DNA of 64,000 nt from Candidatus Latescibacterota bacterium (GCA_965208105.1 OZ242318.1:1888001-1952000), one strand, 5' to 3'. Counted from the first letter of the stretch, positions 9,973 through 19,474 are shown. Made by a program: numbers and translations. Notes: generated by a model not told the origin, from the sequence alone.

Positions 9973-11378
9973 CAGGCGCCTTCCCCCGCCGCCCCGGCCA
10001 GAGCAGCGGCCAGCAAGCCCACCTCGCCGTCCCCCACGGTGCGCATGTCGAGCAGCAGGTTTCCGCGTTGTATGCGCCCTATGACTGGCAATCTGCCGCG
10101 GCGCAGGCGCCGGGCAAACTCTTCGGCGCTGCAGAAATCCGGGCGCAGCACGACCGCCACGCTGGGCAACTCCTCCAGGGGAAGTGCGCCGCTTCCAGCC
10201 TGGGCGGTTGACGGCGCGATTCCCGGCTGCAGCCGGTCCCGCGCGGCGGCGGACAAAGCGGTGACCAGCCTGCGGCCCCTCTCCTCGAGGGAGGCCAGGG
10301 ACGCCGTCATCATTCCCAGCACCGGGTGGGAGCGAGTCAAGGCAGCGGGCGCCAATCGCTGGAGGCGCAGACTTGCCTCGAGGGCGGCGAGAATGAGCTT
10401 GTCGCAGCGCAATGCCCTCATCAGCGGATTGCGGCCGATGGGCTCCACGTATTTCTCCCGGCCGACGATGATTCCGGCCTGCGGTCCGCCGAGGATCTTG
10501 TCTCCGCTGAAGCTCGCCAGATCCGCCCCCTGGGCCAGGGTATCGCGAACAACGGGTTCGCGCGGGAGACCCCACTGGCGCAAATCGGACAGCACCCCTC
10601 CGCCCAGGTCGCAGGCAAGGGGCAGGCCCGCCTCGCGGCAAAGCTCTGCCAAATCCTTCAACTCGACCCGCGCGGCAAAACCCTGCACCTTGTAATTGCT
10701 GGGATGAACCCGGAGAATCATGGCCGTCCCCGCACATATGGCCTCCGCGTAATCGCGCAAATGGGTGCGGTTGGTGGTGCCCACCTCCCGCATCCGCGCG
10801 CCGCTGGCTGCAATGATGTCCGGAATGCGAAAGGAGCCTCCGATCTCGACCAGCTCCCCGCGTGAGACCACCACCTCGCGGCCGCGGGCAAGCGTATCGA
10901 GCATCAACAGCACGGCCGCCGCATTGTTGTTCACCACGGAGGCCGCCTCGGACCTCGCGGCGGCGCATACCAGGCCTTCGACATGGGCCTGGCGCGAGCC
11001 TCGCCCGCCGCGGTCGAGATCGATTTCCAGGTTGCAATAGCCCTGGGCGGCATTTTCGATGGCCCTCCGGGCCTCCGGCGCCAGCGGCGCCCGCCCCAGC
11101 CCGGTATGCAGAATAACCCCGGTGGCGTTGATCACCCGCCGCAGACTGGCCTGCTCCCCATGCTCCACGGCGGCCAGCACCCTTTCCCTCACCTGTTCCA
11201 GCAGTTCCACGCGGCTTCGGCCCTGCCCGGATTCCTCGACCTCCCGGCGCAGCTCACCTATGACCTGGCGGACCAGGTCCACGATGTATTCGCGGTCGTA
11301 GCGCTTCCCCAGATCGAGGATGGGCTGCAGGTTCAACACCTGGTCCACCGACGGCAATTCCCTGACACTATTCGACAT
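9972..11378 (-). CDS. selA: L-seryl-tRNA(Sec) selenium transferase
   Basis: RVINATGVILHTGLGRAPL, VNNNAAAV, SRGELVEIGGSFRIPD, EVGTTNRT and FSGDKILGGPQAG (PLP lysine). Confidence 0.97.
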   Translation of the reverse strand: MSNSVRELPSVDQVLNLQPILDLGKRYDREYIVDLVRQVIGELRREVEESGQGRSRVELLEQVRERVLAAVEHGEQASLRRVINATGVILHTGLGRAPLAPEARRAIENAAQGYCNLEIDLDRGGRGSRQAHVEGLVCAAARSEAASVVNNNAAAVLLMLDTLARGREVVVSRGELVEIGGSFRIPDIIAASGARMREVGTTNRTHLRDYAEAICAGTAMILRVHPSNYKVQGFAARVELKDLAELCREAGLPLACDLGGGVLSDLRQWGLPREPVVRDTLAQGADLASFSGDKILGGPQAGIIVGREKYVEPIGRNPLMRALRCDKLILAALEASLRLQRLAPAALTRSHPVLGMMTASLASLEERGRRLVTALSAAARDRLQPGIAPSTAQAGSGALPLEELPSVAVVLRPDFCSAEEFARRLRRGRLPVIGRIQRGNLLLDMRTVGDGEVGLLAAALAGAAGEGA

Positions 11379-11386
11379 AGGGGGGG

Positions 11387-11415
11387 ATAATAACCTGCGG
11401 CCGCTCCACCATCAA
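11387..11415 (-). promoter_or_regulatory. Sigma70-like promoter for selA, probably leaderless
   Basis: TTGATG-17 nt-TATTAT, then 8 nt to the ATG; no Shine-Dalgarno. Confidence 0.55.
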
Positions 11416-11531
11416 GAAACGGAGGCCGGACCTGCCCTGGAGCACCTCTCTCCAACTTCACCTTTGCCCGATCACCCGATTGCCCTTATCTTTCAATACC
11501 CCACTTCTCCTTCTTTCCCATTCCACGTCAA

Positions 11532-13646
11532 ATGCCCTGGCTTTACCGTACACTTGCGGCTGCCCTGCTGTGCCTGGCGGCGAGCGGCTACGCGGAAGCG
11601 CTCGTCCACAAGGTCAAGCGCGGCGAGAATCTGAGCACCATCGCCCGGCGCTATGGAGTCTCCACTGCCCAGATACGCCATTGGAACAAACTCCGCAGCG
11701 ATAAAATCCTGGTCGGGCAGCGCCTGCTGGTGCGGACCTCGGCGTCCAGAAGCAAGTCCTACGTGGTGAGAAGAGGAGACACCGTTTCCGAAATCGCCAA
11801 GCGCTTCGGAGTCTCCGTCTCCCTGTTGCGCCGCCTCAACAATCTTCGCAGGGACAGAATCTACCCGGGGCAGAGACTGGTCCTCCGCGCGACCGGGTCC
11901 GCTGCAACCCACCGGGTTCGCAGAGGAGATACTCTCGGGGAAATCGCCCAGTCCTACGGCACGAGCGTTGGCCGCCTGCGCCAGCTCAACAACCTCAAGA
12001 GTCATCGCATCACCACCGGGCAGGTGCTCAAGGTGGGGGAGTCCGCAGGGGGAAGACCGCGCAGCGCAGAAGAACCCCTGGAATATACGGTCAGGACAGG
12101 CGACACCCTCACCGGAATCTCCCGGCGCTTCGACGTAGGTCTGGGTCTCCTGCGCCAGCTCAACAACCTGAAAAGCGACCGCATCCACCCGGGGCAGAGG
12201 CTGAAACTGCGCCCTACCGAACTCGACGTCGGGGTTCATATAGTCCGCTCCGGGGAGACATTGTCGAGAATCGCGCAGAGGTACGGAATCAAGGTGGGCA
12301 AGCTGCGCGATCTGAACGGCATCGTGGGAAGCAGGATCCTGGTCGGCCAGAAACTGCGCCTGAAGTCCACGCCGACCGCAACCCACATCGTCGAACGCGG
12401 CGATGCGCTGTGGGAGATTGCCCGCGCCTACGGAATGAGGGTGAGCGAGCTGAAAGCCATGAACGGCCTCAGCTCCAACCGCATCTATCCTGGTCAGGAG
12501 CTGAAGCTCAACTTCAAAAAGGCCCGGCGTCACGATGTTTACCGGGTCGAGAGAGGCGACTACCTCAGTGAGATAGCCCGGCTCCACCAGATGAGCGTCG
12601 CCGAGTTGAAAAGGATCAACAACCTGCGCAGTTCGGTGATCCACCCGGGAGACAGGCTCAAGGTGAAGCCCCTTTTGGGCAGGGGAAGGGAATGGCTCAA
12701 GGTCTCCGAGATAAACTGGGACAAGCTGCAGGTCTCTCTGGGAGGAATCCGCAAGATCCGCGCTGAGAACGGGCCCTACTACTACAGCAGGCCAAAGGCT
12801 CGGCGACAGAAACACTCCCGCTACTACGAAGGCCACCCGTCGTCGCCGCTGCGCACCTACAACCAGGCCCGCAAGCTGTGGAAAGCATTCGAACGCGAGG
12901 TCGATGGTCTCGGCAGCCTGAGCAACACTCTCCGGGGCTGGCACCTGGTCCTGGACCCGGGCCACGGAGGACTGGACCCGGGGGCCGTCGTGCGCACCCT
13001 GGACGGCCAGGGCAACAAGCTGTACGTGGTGGAGGACGAATACGTCTACGATATCGCCTTGCGCACCTATGTCCTCCTGCGCCTGCACGGGGCACAGGCA
13101 ACCATGACCCTGCTGAGCCCCAACCATCTCATCCGCAGCAGCCCGCCGAGCCAGACCTTCGTCAACGAGAAGAACGAGGTATACAACAGCTATCAGGCCA
13201 ACAAGACCAACCGCAGGCGGGACTGGCCCCGCGGCAGCAACCTGGCCGTACGTGTGCGCATTGCCCGGCACGCCTTTGCCAATACGACCAAAAGCCGCCG
13301 CATCTTCCTCTCCTTCCACGCCGATATCGACCCCCGGGCTCCCGAAGCGCCCCTGGTTCTCTACTACGAGAGCAGAAACGGACGCAAACGGGACCTGGCT
13401 TCAAGAAATTTCGCCCGCATTCTGCTGCCGGCCCTGGGAGCCGGATCCCGCCTCCGCGGCCAGGGCCTGGGGGTCCTGCGCAACAATCCGGCCGCCGTGA
13501 AGGTCCTGGTGGAACTCCGCAACCTGGCCTACACCGATCACGCCTGGGCCCTGCGCTACGAACAGCTGCGCCACCGCGACGCCGAGAAGCTGGTCAAAGG
13601 CATTCTGGACTACGTCCGCTACCAGACCCGAAGCGCCCGGCGCTGA
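11532..13646 (+). CDS. Secreted N-acetylmuramoyl-L-alanine amidase (Amidase_3) with seven N-terminal LysM domains
   Basis: Signal peptide; 7 repeats of the VxxGDTLxxIAxxY/FxxxxxxLxxxNxL..xIxxGQxLx pattern; catalytic motifs LDPGHGGLDPGA, VEDE, SFHAD and LVEL. Confidence 0.92.
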   Translation: MPWLYRTLAAALLCLAASGYAEALVHKVKRGENLSTIARRYGVSTAQIRHWNKLRSDKILVGQRLLVRTSASRSKSYVVRRGDTVSEIAKRFGVSVSLLRRLNNLRRDRIYPGQRLVLRATGSAATHRVRRGDTLGEIAQSYGTSVGRLRQLNNLKSHRITTGQVLKVGESAGGRPRSAEEPLEYTVRTGDTLTGISRRFDVGLGLLRQLNNLKSDRIHPGQRLKLRPTELDVGVHIVRSGETLSRIAQRYGIKVGKLRDLNGIVGSRILVGQKLRLKSTPTATHIVERGDALWEIARAYGMRVSELKAMNGLSSNRIYPGQELKLNFKKARRHDVYRVERGDYLSEIARLHQMSVAELKRINNLRSSVIHPGDRLKVKPLLGRGREWLKVSEINWDKLQVSLGGIRKIRAENGPYYYSRPKARRQKHSRYYEGHPSSPLRTYNQARKLWKAFEREVDGLGSLSNTLRGWHLVLDPGHGGLDPGAVVRTLDGQGNKLYVVEDEYVYDIALRTYVLLRLHGAQATMTLLSPNHLIRSSPPSQTFVNEKNEVYNSYQANKTNRRRDWPRGSNLAVRVRIARHAFANTTKSRRIFLSFHADIDPRAPEAPLVLYYESRNGRKRDLASRNFARILLPALGAGSRLRGQGLGVLRNNPAAVKVLVELRNLAYTDHAWALRYEQLRHRDAEKLVKGILDYVRYQTRSARR

Positions 13647-13650
13647 AAGC

Positions 13651-13684
13651 AAAAAGGCGCCCCGGGAAACCATCCCGGGGCGCC
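13651..13684 (-). terminator. Intrinsic terminator between convergent genes
   Basis: 12-bp perfect stem GGCGCCCCGGGA/TCCCGGGGCGCC preceded by AAAAA (U-tract on the minus strand). Confidence 0.75.
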
Positions 13685-13713
13685 CATACTCTTCTACCTG
13701 GAAGGTGGTCGGG

Positions 13714-14019
13714 TCAGAAGGATTTCTCCTCCACCAAACGCCGGACCGCCTGCCGCACCACCTCGGGTTCGAGGCCGGCAAGCTCACACCAGGGATCTAT
13801 CCGGGGACTTTCCACGAATACAATTTCAGGCGGGCTGTCCTTGCAGAGGATTTCCGATTCCATCTTGGAAATCTCGCGCAACGTACTGAGAATCATGGCG
13901 TTTGCCAGACGGCGGTAGGCCATGGTAATGCGTTCGGACTGGGCTATATCCTGATCGGCTCTCATAGGGTGGAATCCTGGCGGATAATTTGATTCGGGGT
14001 GAACAGTGGTAGCGTCCAT
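13714..14019 (-). CDS. Small hypothetical protein (101 aa)
   Basis: AGGAG 6 nt before the ATG; own terminator; helical sequence YRRLANAMIL...PWCELAGLEPEVVR. Confidence 0.65.
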   Translation of the reverse strand: MDATTVHPESNYPPGFHPMRADQDIAQSERITMAYRRLANAMILSTLREISKMESEILCKDSPPEIVFVESPRIDPWCELAGLEPEVVRQAVRRLVEEKSF

Positions 14020-14303
14020 CGCCACTCCTTGCAACAGTCGCCGCATGCGCGGCCGACTCTCTGCAGCGGCACCTCAATTCGCCGAAAAGGGCTCCTTGCA
14101 ACCTTGCCCTTTTACAATAATGTACAAATTTTTCAGGGGAAAATGGCAGATTTTTAAAAAAAAATTCATCCAGCCACCTGGATCATTGAAGGACTCAACC
14201 ATAACTATCACTTGGACAGGAAGTTGCAGGAAAAATCCCCGGTCCGGATCATACCGGCACCGGCCGTCCCGGTCCAATCCCGGCCCTGTCCCCCCGCTCT
14301 CCA

Positions 14304-14332
14304 TTGACCCGCATATGGTATTATTCTAATTT
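14304..14332 (+). promoter_or_regulatory. Putative sigma70 promoter for the ATP-grasp/larE/def operon
   Basis: TTGACC-17 nt-TAATTT, 7 nt before ATG 14340; no SD. Confidence 0.45.
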
Positions 14333-14339
14333 TGAATAG

Positions 14340-15776
14340 ATGTCACTTGCACTTACAAAGCCCAGTCCCAAGGAACTCTGCCTCTGCATCAACTCCCGTT
14401 CCCCTGAAGGTGGCCTCTTCCAGGGGGACCGCAGCAACCTCCACCCCGACAGCCGCCTGCCCTGGCGCATCTCGCCCGAACCATTCCGGCTCACCGCCGC
14501 CCAGCTGAGATTCCTCGAGGAGCTCGGCCCTCTCCTGCTGGCTTTCTACAAGGCCTCCAACCTGCTCTACAGCCACAGCGTCAAAGGCCTTCAGCCTCCG
14601 TGGGTGCATCAATACCTCGATCAGGGCAAGTCCGAGCGCGTCGTCGAGCTGGGGCGCATGAACCGCTTCAAAACCCACCTTCCCCTGGTCATCCGCCCCG
14701 ACCTCCTGCTCACCGACGCCGGCTTCCGCATAAGCGAACTGGACTCCATACCTGGAGGAATGGGGTTTACGGGGCAGATTTCGCAGCGCTACGCCGAGCT
14801 GGCCTGCGACATCGTCGGCGGTTCAGACGGGCTGGTAGATGGATTCTACGATGCCATAGAGGCCAGCCTGGAGGTGAAGCTGCCCACCGTGGCCATCGTA
14901 GTTTCGGACGAATCGGATAATTACCGGGAAGAGATGCAGTGGTTGGCCGCCCAACTCAGGGAGCGCGGCCGGCCTGTCCACTGCCGCCATCCCTCCGAAC
15001 TCCACTTCGACGAGGACGGCCTGCTGGTCGAAGCCGAGGGCGCCATGCTGAGGGTCGACGCCATCTACCGCTTCTTCGAACTCTTCGATCTGGCAAATAT
15101 TCCCAAGGCCGAACTTGCGATCTACTTTGCCAAGAAAAACGCGGTCCGCCTCACACCCCCCCCGAAGGCTTTTCTCGAGGAGAAGATGGGATTGGCCTTC
15201 CTGCATCACCCCCTGCTGCAGTCCTTCTGGCAGCGCGAGCTGGGTGAGGATGCCGCGGCCGCCCTGCAGGGCGTCGTCCCCAGGACCTGGATCGTCGACC
15301 CCCGGCCGGCGCCGCCGCATACGGTCATCGCCGATCTGCAGGTCGCGGGCAGCTCCGTCAACGATTGGAAGCAGCTCAGGCACCTGAGCAAAAGAGAAAG
15401 GGAGCTGGTGCTCAAGCCTTCAGGATTTTCGGAGCTGGCTTCGGAGAGCCGCGACGTCGCCATAGGGCACGACATGTCCGAGGAGGCCTGGGCACGCGCT
15501 CTCGACCACGCCCTCGAGCACTTTCCGGTGAGGCCTTACGTCTTGCAGCGATTCCACAAATCCGTCCGCACGGAGATTCAGTACTACGATTTCGAGAGCG
15601 ACGAGATTCGACTCATGCACGGCCGCTCCCTTCTGCGTCCCTACTATTATGTCGTGGGCTCCGCCCCGAGGCTGGCCGGGGTTCAGGCCATAGTCTGTCC
15701 CTCCGACAAAAAGATCCTGCACGGAATGGCCGACGCCGTTCTCGCCCCGTGCTCCGCGGACCCGGGAGAGGAGTAG
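14340..15776 (+). CDS. Circularly permuted ATP-grasp (glutathionylspermidine synthase-like) amide ligase
   Basis: IRPDLLL...RISELDSIPGG, YRFFE, LVLKPSG and YVLQRF motifs typical of the GSP-synthase-like ATP-grasp fold. Confidence 0.7.
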   Translation: MSLALTKPSPKELCLCINSRSPEGGLFQGDRSNLHPDSRLPWRISPEPFRLTAAQLRFLEELGPLLLAFYKASNLLYSHSVKGLQPPWVHQYLDQGKSERVVELGRMNRFKTHLPLVIRPDLLLTDAGFRISELDSIPGGMGFTGQISQRYAELACDIVGGSDGLVDGFYDAIEASLEVKLPTVAIVVSDESDNYREEMQWLAAQLRERGRPVHCRHPSELHFDEDGLLVEAEGAMLRVDAIYRFFELFDLANIPKAELAIYFAKKNAVRLTPPPKAFLEEKMGLAFLHHPLLQSFWQRELGEDAAAALQGVVPRTWIVDPRPAPPHTVIADLQVAGSSVNDWKQLRHLSKRERELVLKPSGFSELASESRDVAIGHDMSEEAWARALDHALEHFPVRPYVLQRFHKSVRTEIQYYDFESDEIRLMHGRSLLRPYYYVVGSAPRLAGVQAIVCPSDKKILHGMADAVLAPCSADPGEE

Positions 15777-15786
15777 GGGAAGGGAC

Positions 15787-16860
15787 ATGAGTGCCATCAC
15801 CGCCGCCGTCGCTCCCACCCCCGGTCTCGAAGAGAAGCTCCACGACCTCAACGGCATTCTGCGCTCCATGGGACGGGTCCTGATCGGCTACTCGGGCGGT
15901 GTCGACAGCGCCATGCTCGCCCTGGCCGCGCACAAGGTTCTGGGCGCCAACGCAATTGCCGTCACCGCCGATTCCGCCAGCTATGCCAGCGGCGAACTGG
16001 AAGCCGCATCCGCCATCACGGAGCAGTTCGGCATCCGCCACATGGTGGTCAGCACCGCCGAGCTGGACAATCCGGACTACGCCCGGAATCCCGTCAACCG
16101 CTGCTATTTTTGCAAGCAGGAGCTCTTTACCCACATGCAGCGCCTGGCGGCGGAGCTGGACGCGCCCTACATACTCTATGGACAGAACGCCGACGACGGG
16201 TTCGACTTCCGCCCCGGCGCCCAGGCAGCCCGGGACCACGGGGTGCGGGCCCCCCTGCAGGAGGCGGGATTGACCAAGGCGGATGTCCGCGCACTGGCGC
16301 GGCGCTGGGACCTGCCGGTGTGGGACCGCCCGGCCATGGCATGCCTCGCCTCGCGCTTTCCCTACGGCACACCGGTCACCGCCGAAGGCCTCGACCAGGT
16401 GGACCGGGCGGAAAGGTATCTGCGCGCATGCGGCTTCGATCAGCTGCGGGTGCGCCACCATGGCCGCGGGGAACAGTTCGAAGCCCGCATCGAAGTGCCG
16501 GCGGCAGAAATTCCCCGTTTCTTCGGCGGACCCGACCTGCGGGAGAACGTCACCCGGGAGTTCGCCGGCATCGGCTACGCCCGCAGCAGCGTCGACCTGC
16601 GCGGCTTTCGCTCCGGCAGCCTCAACGAGGCGCGGACAGCCGGAATTCCGAGCGGGGAGGAGATCGGACCTCAGATCCAAGACTGCCTGGCGGCGCTGGA
16701 GCTGGGACCGTTCGAATCCGCACCTCTCGGCAGAATGATAACCCTTCGCCTCCAGTCGAGGTCCTTCGAATCCATGCTGGAACGGCGCCTGCAGCTCGTG
16801 GAGCGCATGGAGGACCTGGGGTTCCGCTACGTGGCCGTCGACCTGCATCCACTGCCCTGA
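15787..16860 (+). CDS. larE: ATP-dependent sulfur transferase LarE with C-terminal extension
   Basis: PP-loop YSGGVDS, NRCYFCK, DFRPG, MACLASRFPYG, QLRVRHHG and VDLRGFRSGSLN. Confidence 0.92.
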   Translation: MSAITAAVAPTPGLEEKLHDLNGILRSMGRVLIGYSGGVDSAMLALAAHKVLGANAIAVTADSASYASGELEAASAITEQFGIRHMVVSTAELDNPDYARNPVNRCYFCKQELFTHMQRLAAELDAPYILYGQNADDGFDFRPGAQAARDHGVRAPLQEAGLTKADVRALARRWDLPVWDRPAMACLASRFPYGTPVTAEGLDQVDRAERYLRACGFDQLRVRHHGRGEQFEARIEVPAAEIPRFFGGPDLRENVTREFAGIGYARSSVDLRGFRSGSLNEARTAGIPSGEEIGPQIQDCLAALELGPFESAPLGRMITLRLQSRSFESMLERRLQLVERMEDLGFRYVAVDLHPLP

Positions 16861-16868
16861 GGAAGGCC

Positions 16869-17408
16869 GTGCCCCAGGAAATCGTCAAATACGGCTCCAG
16901 GGTGCTGCGCCAAACGGCAGCTCCGGTCGCCTCGGTTGACACCGCGGTTCTCTCTCTGATCGATGACCTCTTCGACTCCATGCATGAAGCGGGGGGTATC
17001 GGGCTCGCCGCACCTCAAATCGGGATTTCACGGCGGGTCATCGTGGTCGACATTTCCTCCCAGGTTCCGGTCCATCCTCCCACCGCCCTGGCAAATCCCC
17101 AAATCCTCAGATCCTCCGGCTCCGCCACGGCCGAGGAGGGCTGCCTGAGCCTTCCCGAGCTCTACGCCGATGTCGAGCGAAATACCTGGATTGAAGTCGA
17201 GGCGCTCGATATCAGAGGTCAATCCGTCCGCTTCGAAGCCACCGACTTCTTCGCCCGGGTCCTGCAGCACGAGATCGACCATCTCGACGGCACCCTCTTC
17301 ATCGACCGCATCAGTCCCCTGAAGCGCCAGCTGATGCGCGGCGCTCTCAGACGCCTGAAGAAAGAAGGCAGGAGGTGGGACGACCAATACGCCGGAACCT
17401 ACGGCTGA
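16869..17408 (+). CDS. def: Peptide deformylase
   Basis: GIGLAAPQIG, EGCLS and QHEIDHLDG motifs; GTG start after GAGGAAGG. Confidence 0.96.
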   Translation: MPQEIVKYGSRVLRQTAAPVASVDTAVLSLIDDLFDSMHEAGGIGLAAPQIGISRRVIVVDISSQVPVHPPTALANPQILRSSGSATAEEGCLSLPELYADVERNTWIEVEALDIRGQSVRFEATDFFARVLQHEIDHLDGTLFIDRISPLKRQLMRGALRRLKKEGRRWDDQYAGTYG

Positions 17409-17501
17409 AGCAGGGCCTCATCCCTCTTCCATGCCTTCCAGCGCCGATTGTGGCGGAGTCATCAAGGGCAGGTTGTCCGGCGAATTATTTCCCCGGGATT
17501 A

Positions 17502-17530
17502 TTGACAATACCAGCGCAAGCATTTAGTTT
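17502..17530 (+). promoter_or_regulatory. Sigma70 promoter of tRNA-Asp
   Basis: TTGACA-17 nt-TAGTTT. Confidence 0.7.
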
Positions 17531-17575
17531 TTCTGATAGAATACCGCCCCATCGAACCAATCGAAAAGTACTCGC

Positions 17576-17652
17576 GGGATCGTAGTTCAGCTGGTTAGAA
17601 CGCCGGCCTGTCACGCCGGAGGTCGCGAGTTCGAGTCTCGTCGGTCCCGCCA
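17576..17652 (+). tRNA. tRNA-Asp (GTC)
   Basis: Cloverleaf GGGATCG...CGGTCCC-G-CCA, anticodon arm CCGGC-CTGTCAC-GCCGG, T-loop TTCGAGT. Confidence 0.97.
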
Positions 17653-17656
17653 TTTC

Positions 17657-17701
17657 GGCTCGAGTCCACCCTGCCCCGAGGACTCGAGCCCTTGTTTTTT
17701 T
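17657..17701 (+). terminator. Intrinsic terminator of tRNA-Asp
   Basis: 11-bp stem GGCTCGAGTCC/GGACTCGAGCC followed by CTTGTTTTTTT. Confidence 0.85.
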
Positions 17702-17764
17702 CATCTCCGCCCCTCCGCTTTCCAGGGACCTGCCGACCCTCCTTCACCAGGATCCGACCCAGCC

Positions 17765-19243
17765 ATGAAAGCCGCTCTGGCCCAATTCATCTTCGAAAGC
17801 AACACATTCGTCTCCGACTTGACCGAGAGCGACCTCTTCAGGAAGGGCGGGACCTGGCTGGACAGCGAAGAGGAGGTCCGCGCCTGGGCCTCCGGGACCG
17901 ACTCGCAGATGGCGGGCAGCCTCCAGGTCCTCGAAGCCGCTGGTTGGGAAACGGCCCCCTGCTTCGTCGCTCTCTGCGGCTCCCCCGCCGGCCGCATGAG
18001 CCGGGCCTGCTTTGGCGAAATAGCCGGCACCCTTCTTGCCCGGGTAGAGGCGACTGCGCCCTTCGACCTGCTCGTCCTTCACCTGCATGGGGCGTCGGCC
18101 GCGGTCGGCGAGGACGATCCCGAGGGACACATCCTCGAAATGCTGCGCACCGAACTCGGTTACCGGGGAAAGCTCGTTCTCTCCCTCGACCTTCACGCCA
18201 ACCTGACCCGGCGCATGCTGCAGCACGCCGACGCGGTCACCGCCTACCGCACCTACCCGCACATGGACTTCACCGCCACGGGGGAACGCGCCGCCCGTCT
18301 TGCCCTGCATCCCGGGCCTCTCACCCGGGCCGCGGCGAAAGTCGCGGCCATCATGTCTCCGGTGGACAGCACCCATTTCGAGGGACATTTCCGCGATCTT
18401 CTCGGCCGGGCGCGCCAACTGGAACGAAAGCACGACTCGGTCCTCGATGTATGCATCCTGCCCGTCCAGCCATGGATGGACGTGGACGAAATGGGCTCGT
18501 CCGTGGTGATTACGGCCACGGAGGACGGCGTCCCCCTCGATGAGCTGCGCGGGCTGGCGCGCCACTGGTACGGCCAGCGGCACCAATGGAAGAACCGGCT
18601 CTCCTCGTGGCCGGCCATCATGAAGAAGCTCGATCGCAGGGAATCCGAGCCCTGGATACTGGTCGACCCCGGTGACGCCACATCCGGAGGCTCCCCCGGC
18701 CGCAGCGCGGAGGCACTGCGGCGCCTGTTGCCTCGCAGGCACGATCTCCCCGGCAAGGTGCTGCTCTGGGTCGTCGACCCGCAGACCGCCGCCGCCGCCG
18801 AGGCGGGAGCGACCCGCTTCGCCACAGGGGACCCTCCTGTCGAATGGGAAGGACGGGTGCTGTGGACCGGAGAGGGCAACTACACGACCCGCGGAGGCGC
18901 CTACACCGGACAGAGCTTTTCCATGGGTAGAGCGGCGGTTATCGAGTCCGGGCAAATTCAGCTCGTGGCCTGCTCCTATCCGGCGCTGACACCCGATCCG
19001 GCATTCTACGAGTGCGTTGGTCTGCACCCCGACAGCGCGCTGGCGGTCATGTCCAAGAGCATGACGGGATGGATGGCGGCGTTCGACGCCGGATGGGATC
19101 GGGGCCTGCTGTTCGACGGTCCGGGAGCGTGCTCGCTGGATTTTGCCAGTATTCCCTTCAGAGGGAGCGGCAGGGGAATCTGGCCCGTTGAAGCGCGGCC
19201 GAGCCTTCCGATCGAAATCTGGGAACCGGACCCGGCTGGTTGA
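17765..19243 (+). CDS. MlrC-like M81 family metallopeptidase
   Basis: FESNTF, LHLHGA, SLDLHANLT and YRTYPHMD motifs. Confidence 0.9.
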   Translation: MKAALAQFIFESNTFVSDLTESDLFRKGGTWLDSEEEVRAWASGTDSQMAGSLQVLEAAGWETAPCFVALCGSPAGRMSRACFGEIAGTLLARVEATAPFDLLVLHLHGASAAVGEDDPEGHILEMLRTELGYRGKLVLSLDLHANLTRRMLQHADAVTAYRTYPHMDFTATGERAARLALHPGPLTRAAAKVAAIMSPVDSTHFEGHFRDLLGRARQLERKHDSVLDVCILPVQPWMDVDEMGSSVVITATEDGVPLDELRGLARHWYGQRHQWKNRLSSWPAIMKKLDRRESEPWILVDPGDATSGGSPGRSAEALRRLLPRRHDLPGKVLLWVVDPQTAAAAEAGATRFATGDPPVEWEGRVLWTGEGNYTTRGGAYTGQSFSMGRAAVIESGQIQLVACSYPALTPDPAFYECVGLHPDSALAVMSKSMTGWMAAFDAGWDRGLLFDGPGACSLDFASIPFRGSGRGIWPVEARPSLPIEIWEPDPAG

Positions 19244-19348
19244 TCGATGACTCGTATCCCTGACTTCCCGGGACGATCGGGCGGAGGTTGGCGATTACCG
19301 CTGCCGAAGGGGGCGGAGGAAGGCGTGGAAGGGATCGGGAATGAAAGG

Positions 19349-19425
19349 TGGTGCACCCAGAAGGACTCGAACCCTCAACCTCCTGATCCGTAGTCAGGTG
19401 CTCTATCCAATTGAGCTATAGGTGC
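19349..19425 (-). tRNA. tRNA-Arg (ACG)
   Basis: Reverse complement GCACCTA-TAGCTCAATTGGATAGAGC-A-CCTGA-CTACGGA-TCAGG...TTCGAGT...TGGGTGC-A-CCA. Confidence 0.97.
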
Positions 19426-19474
19426 ACATTTTTCTGTGGAGGGGGAAACAAGATAGCCATTACCCCAATTCCGG

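Noticed and set aside
11600-12670. Recurring DNA motifs such as CAGCTCAACAACCT, considered as a CRISPR or repeat array
   Set aside because: Explained by the seven LysM coding repeats; no identical repeats with unique spacers
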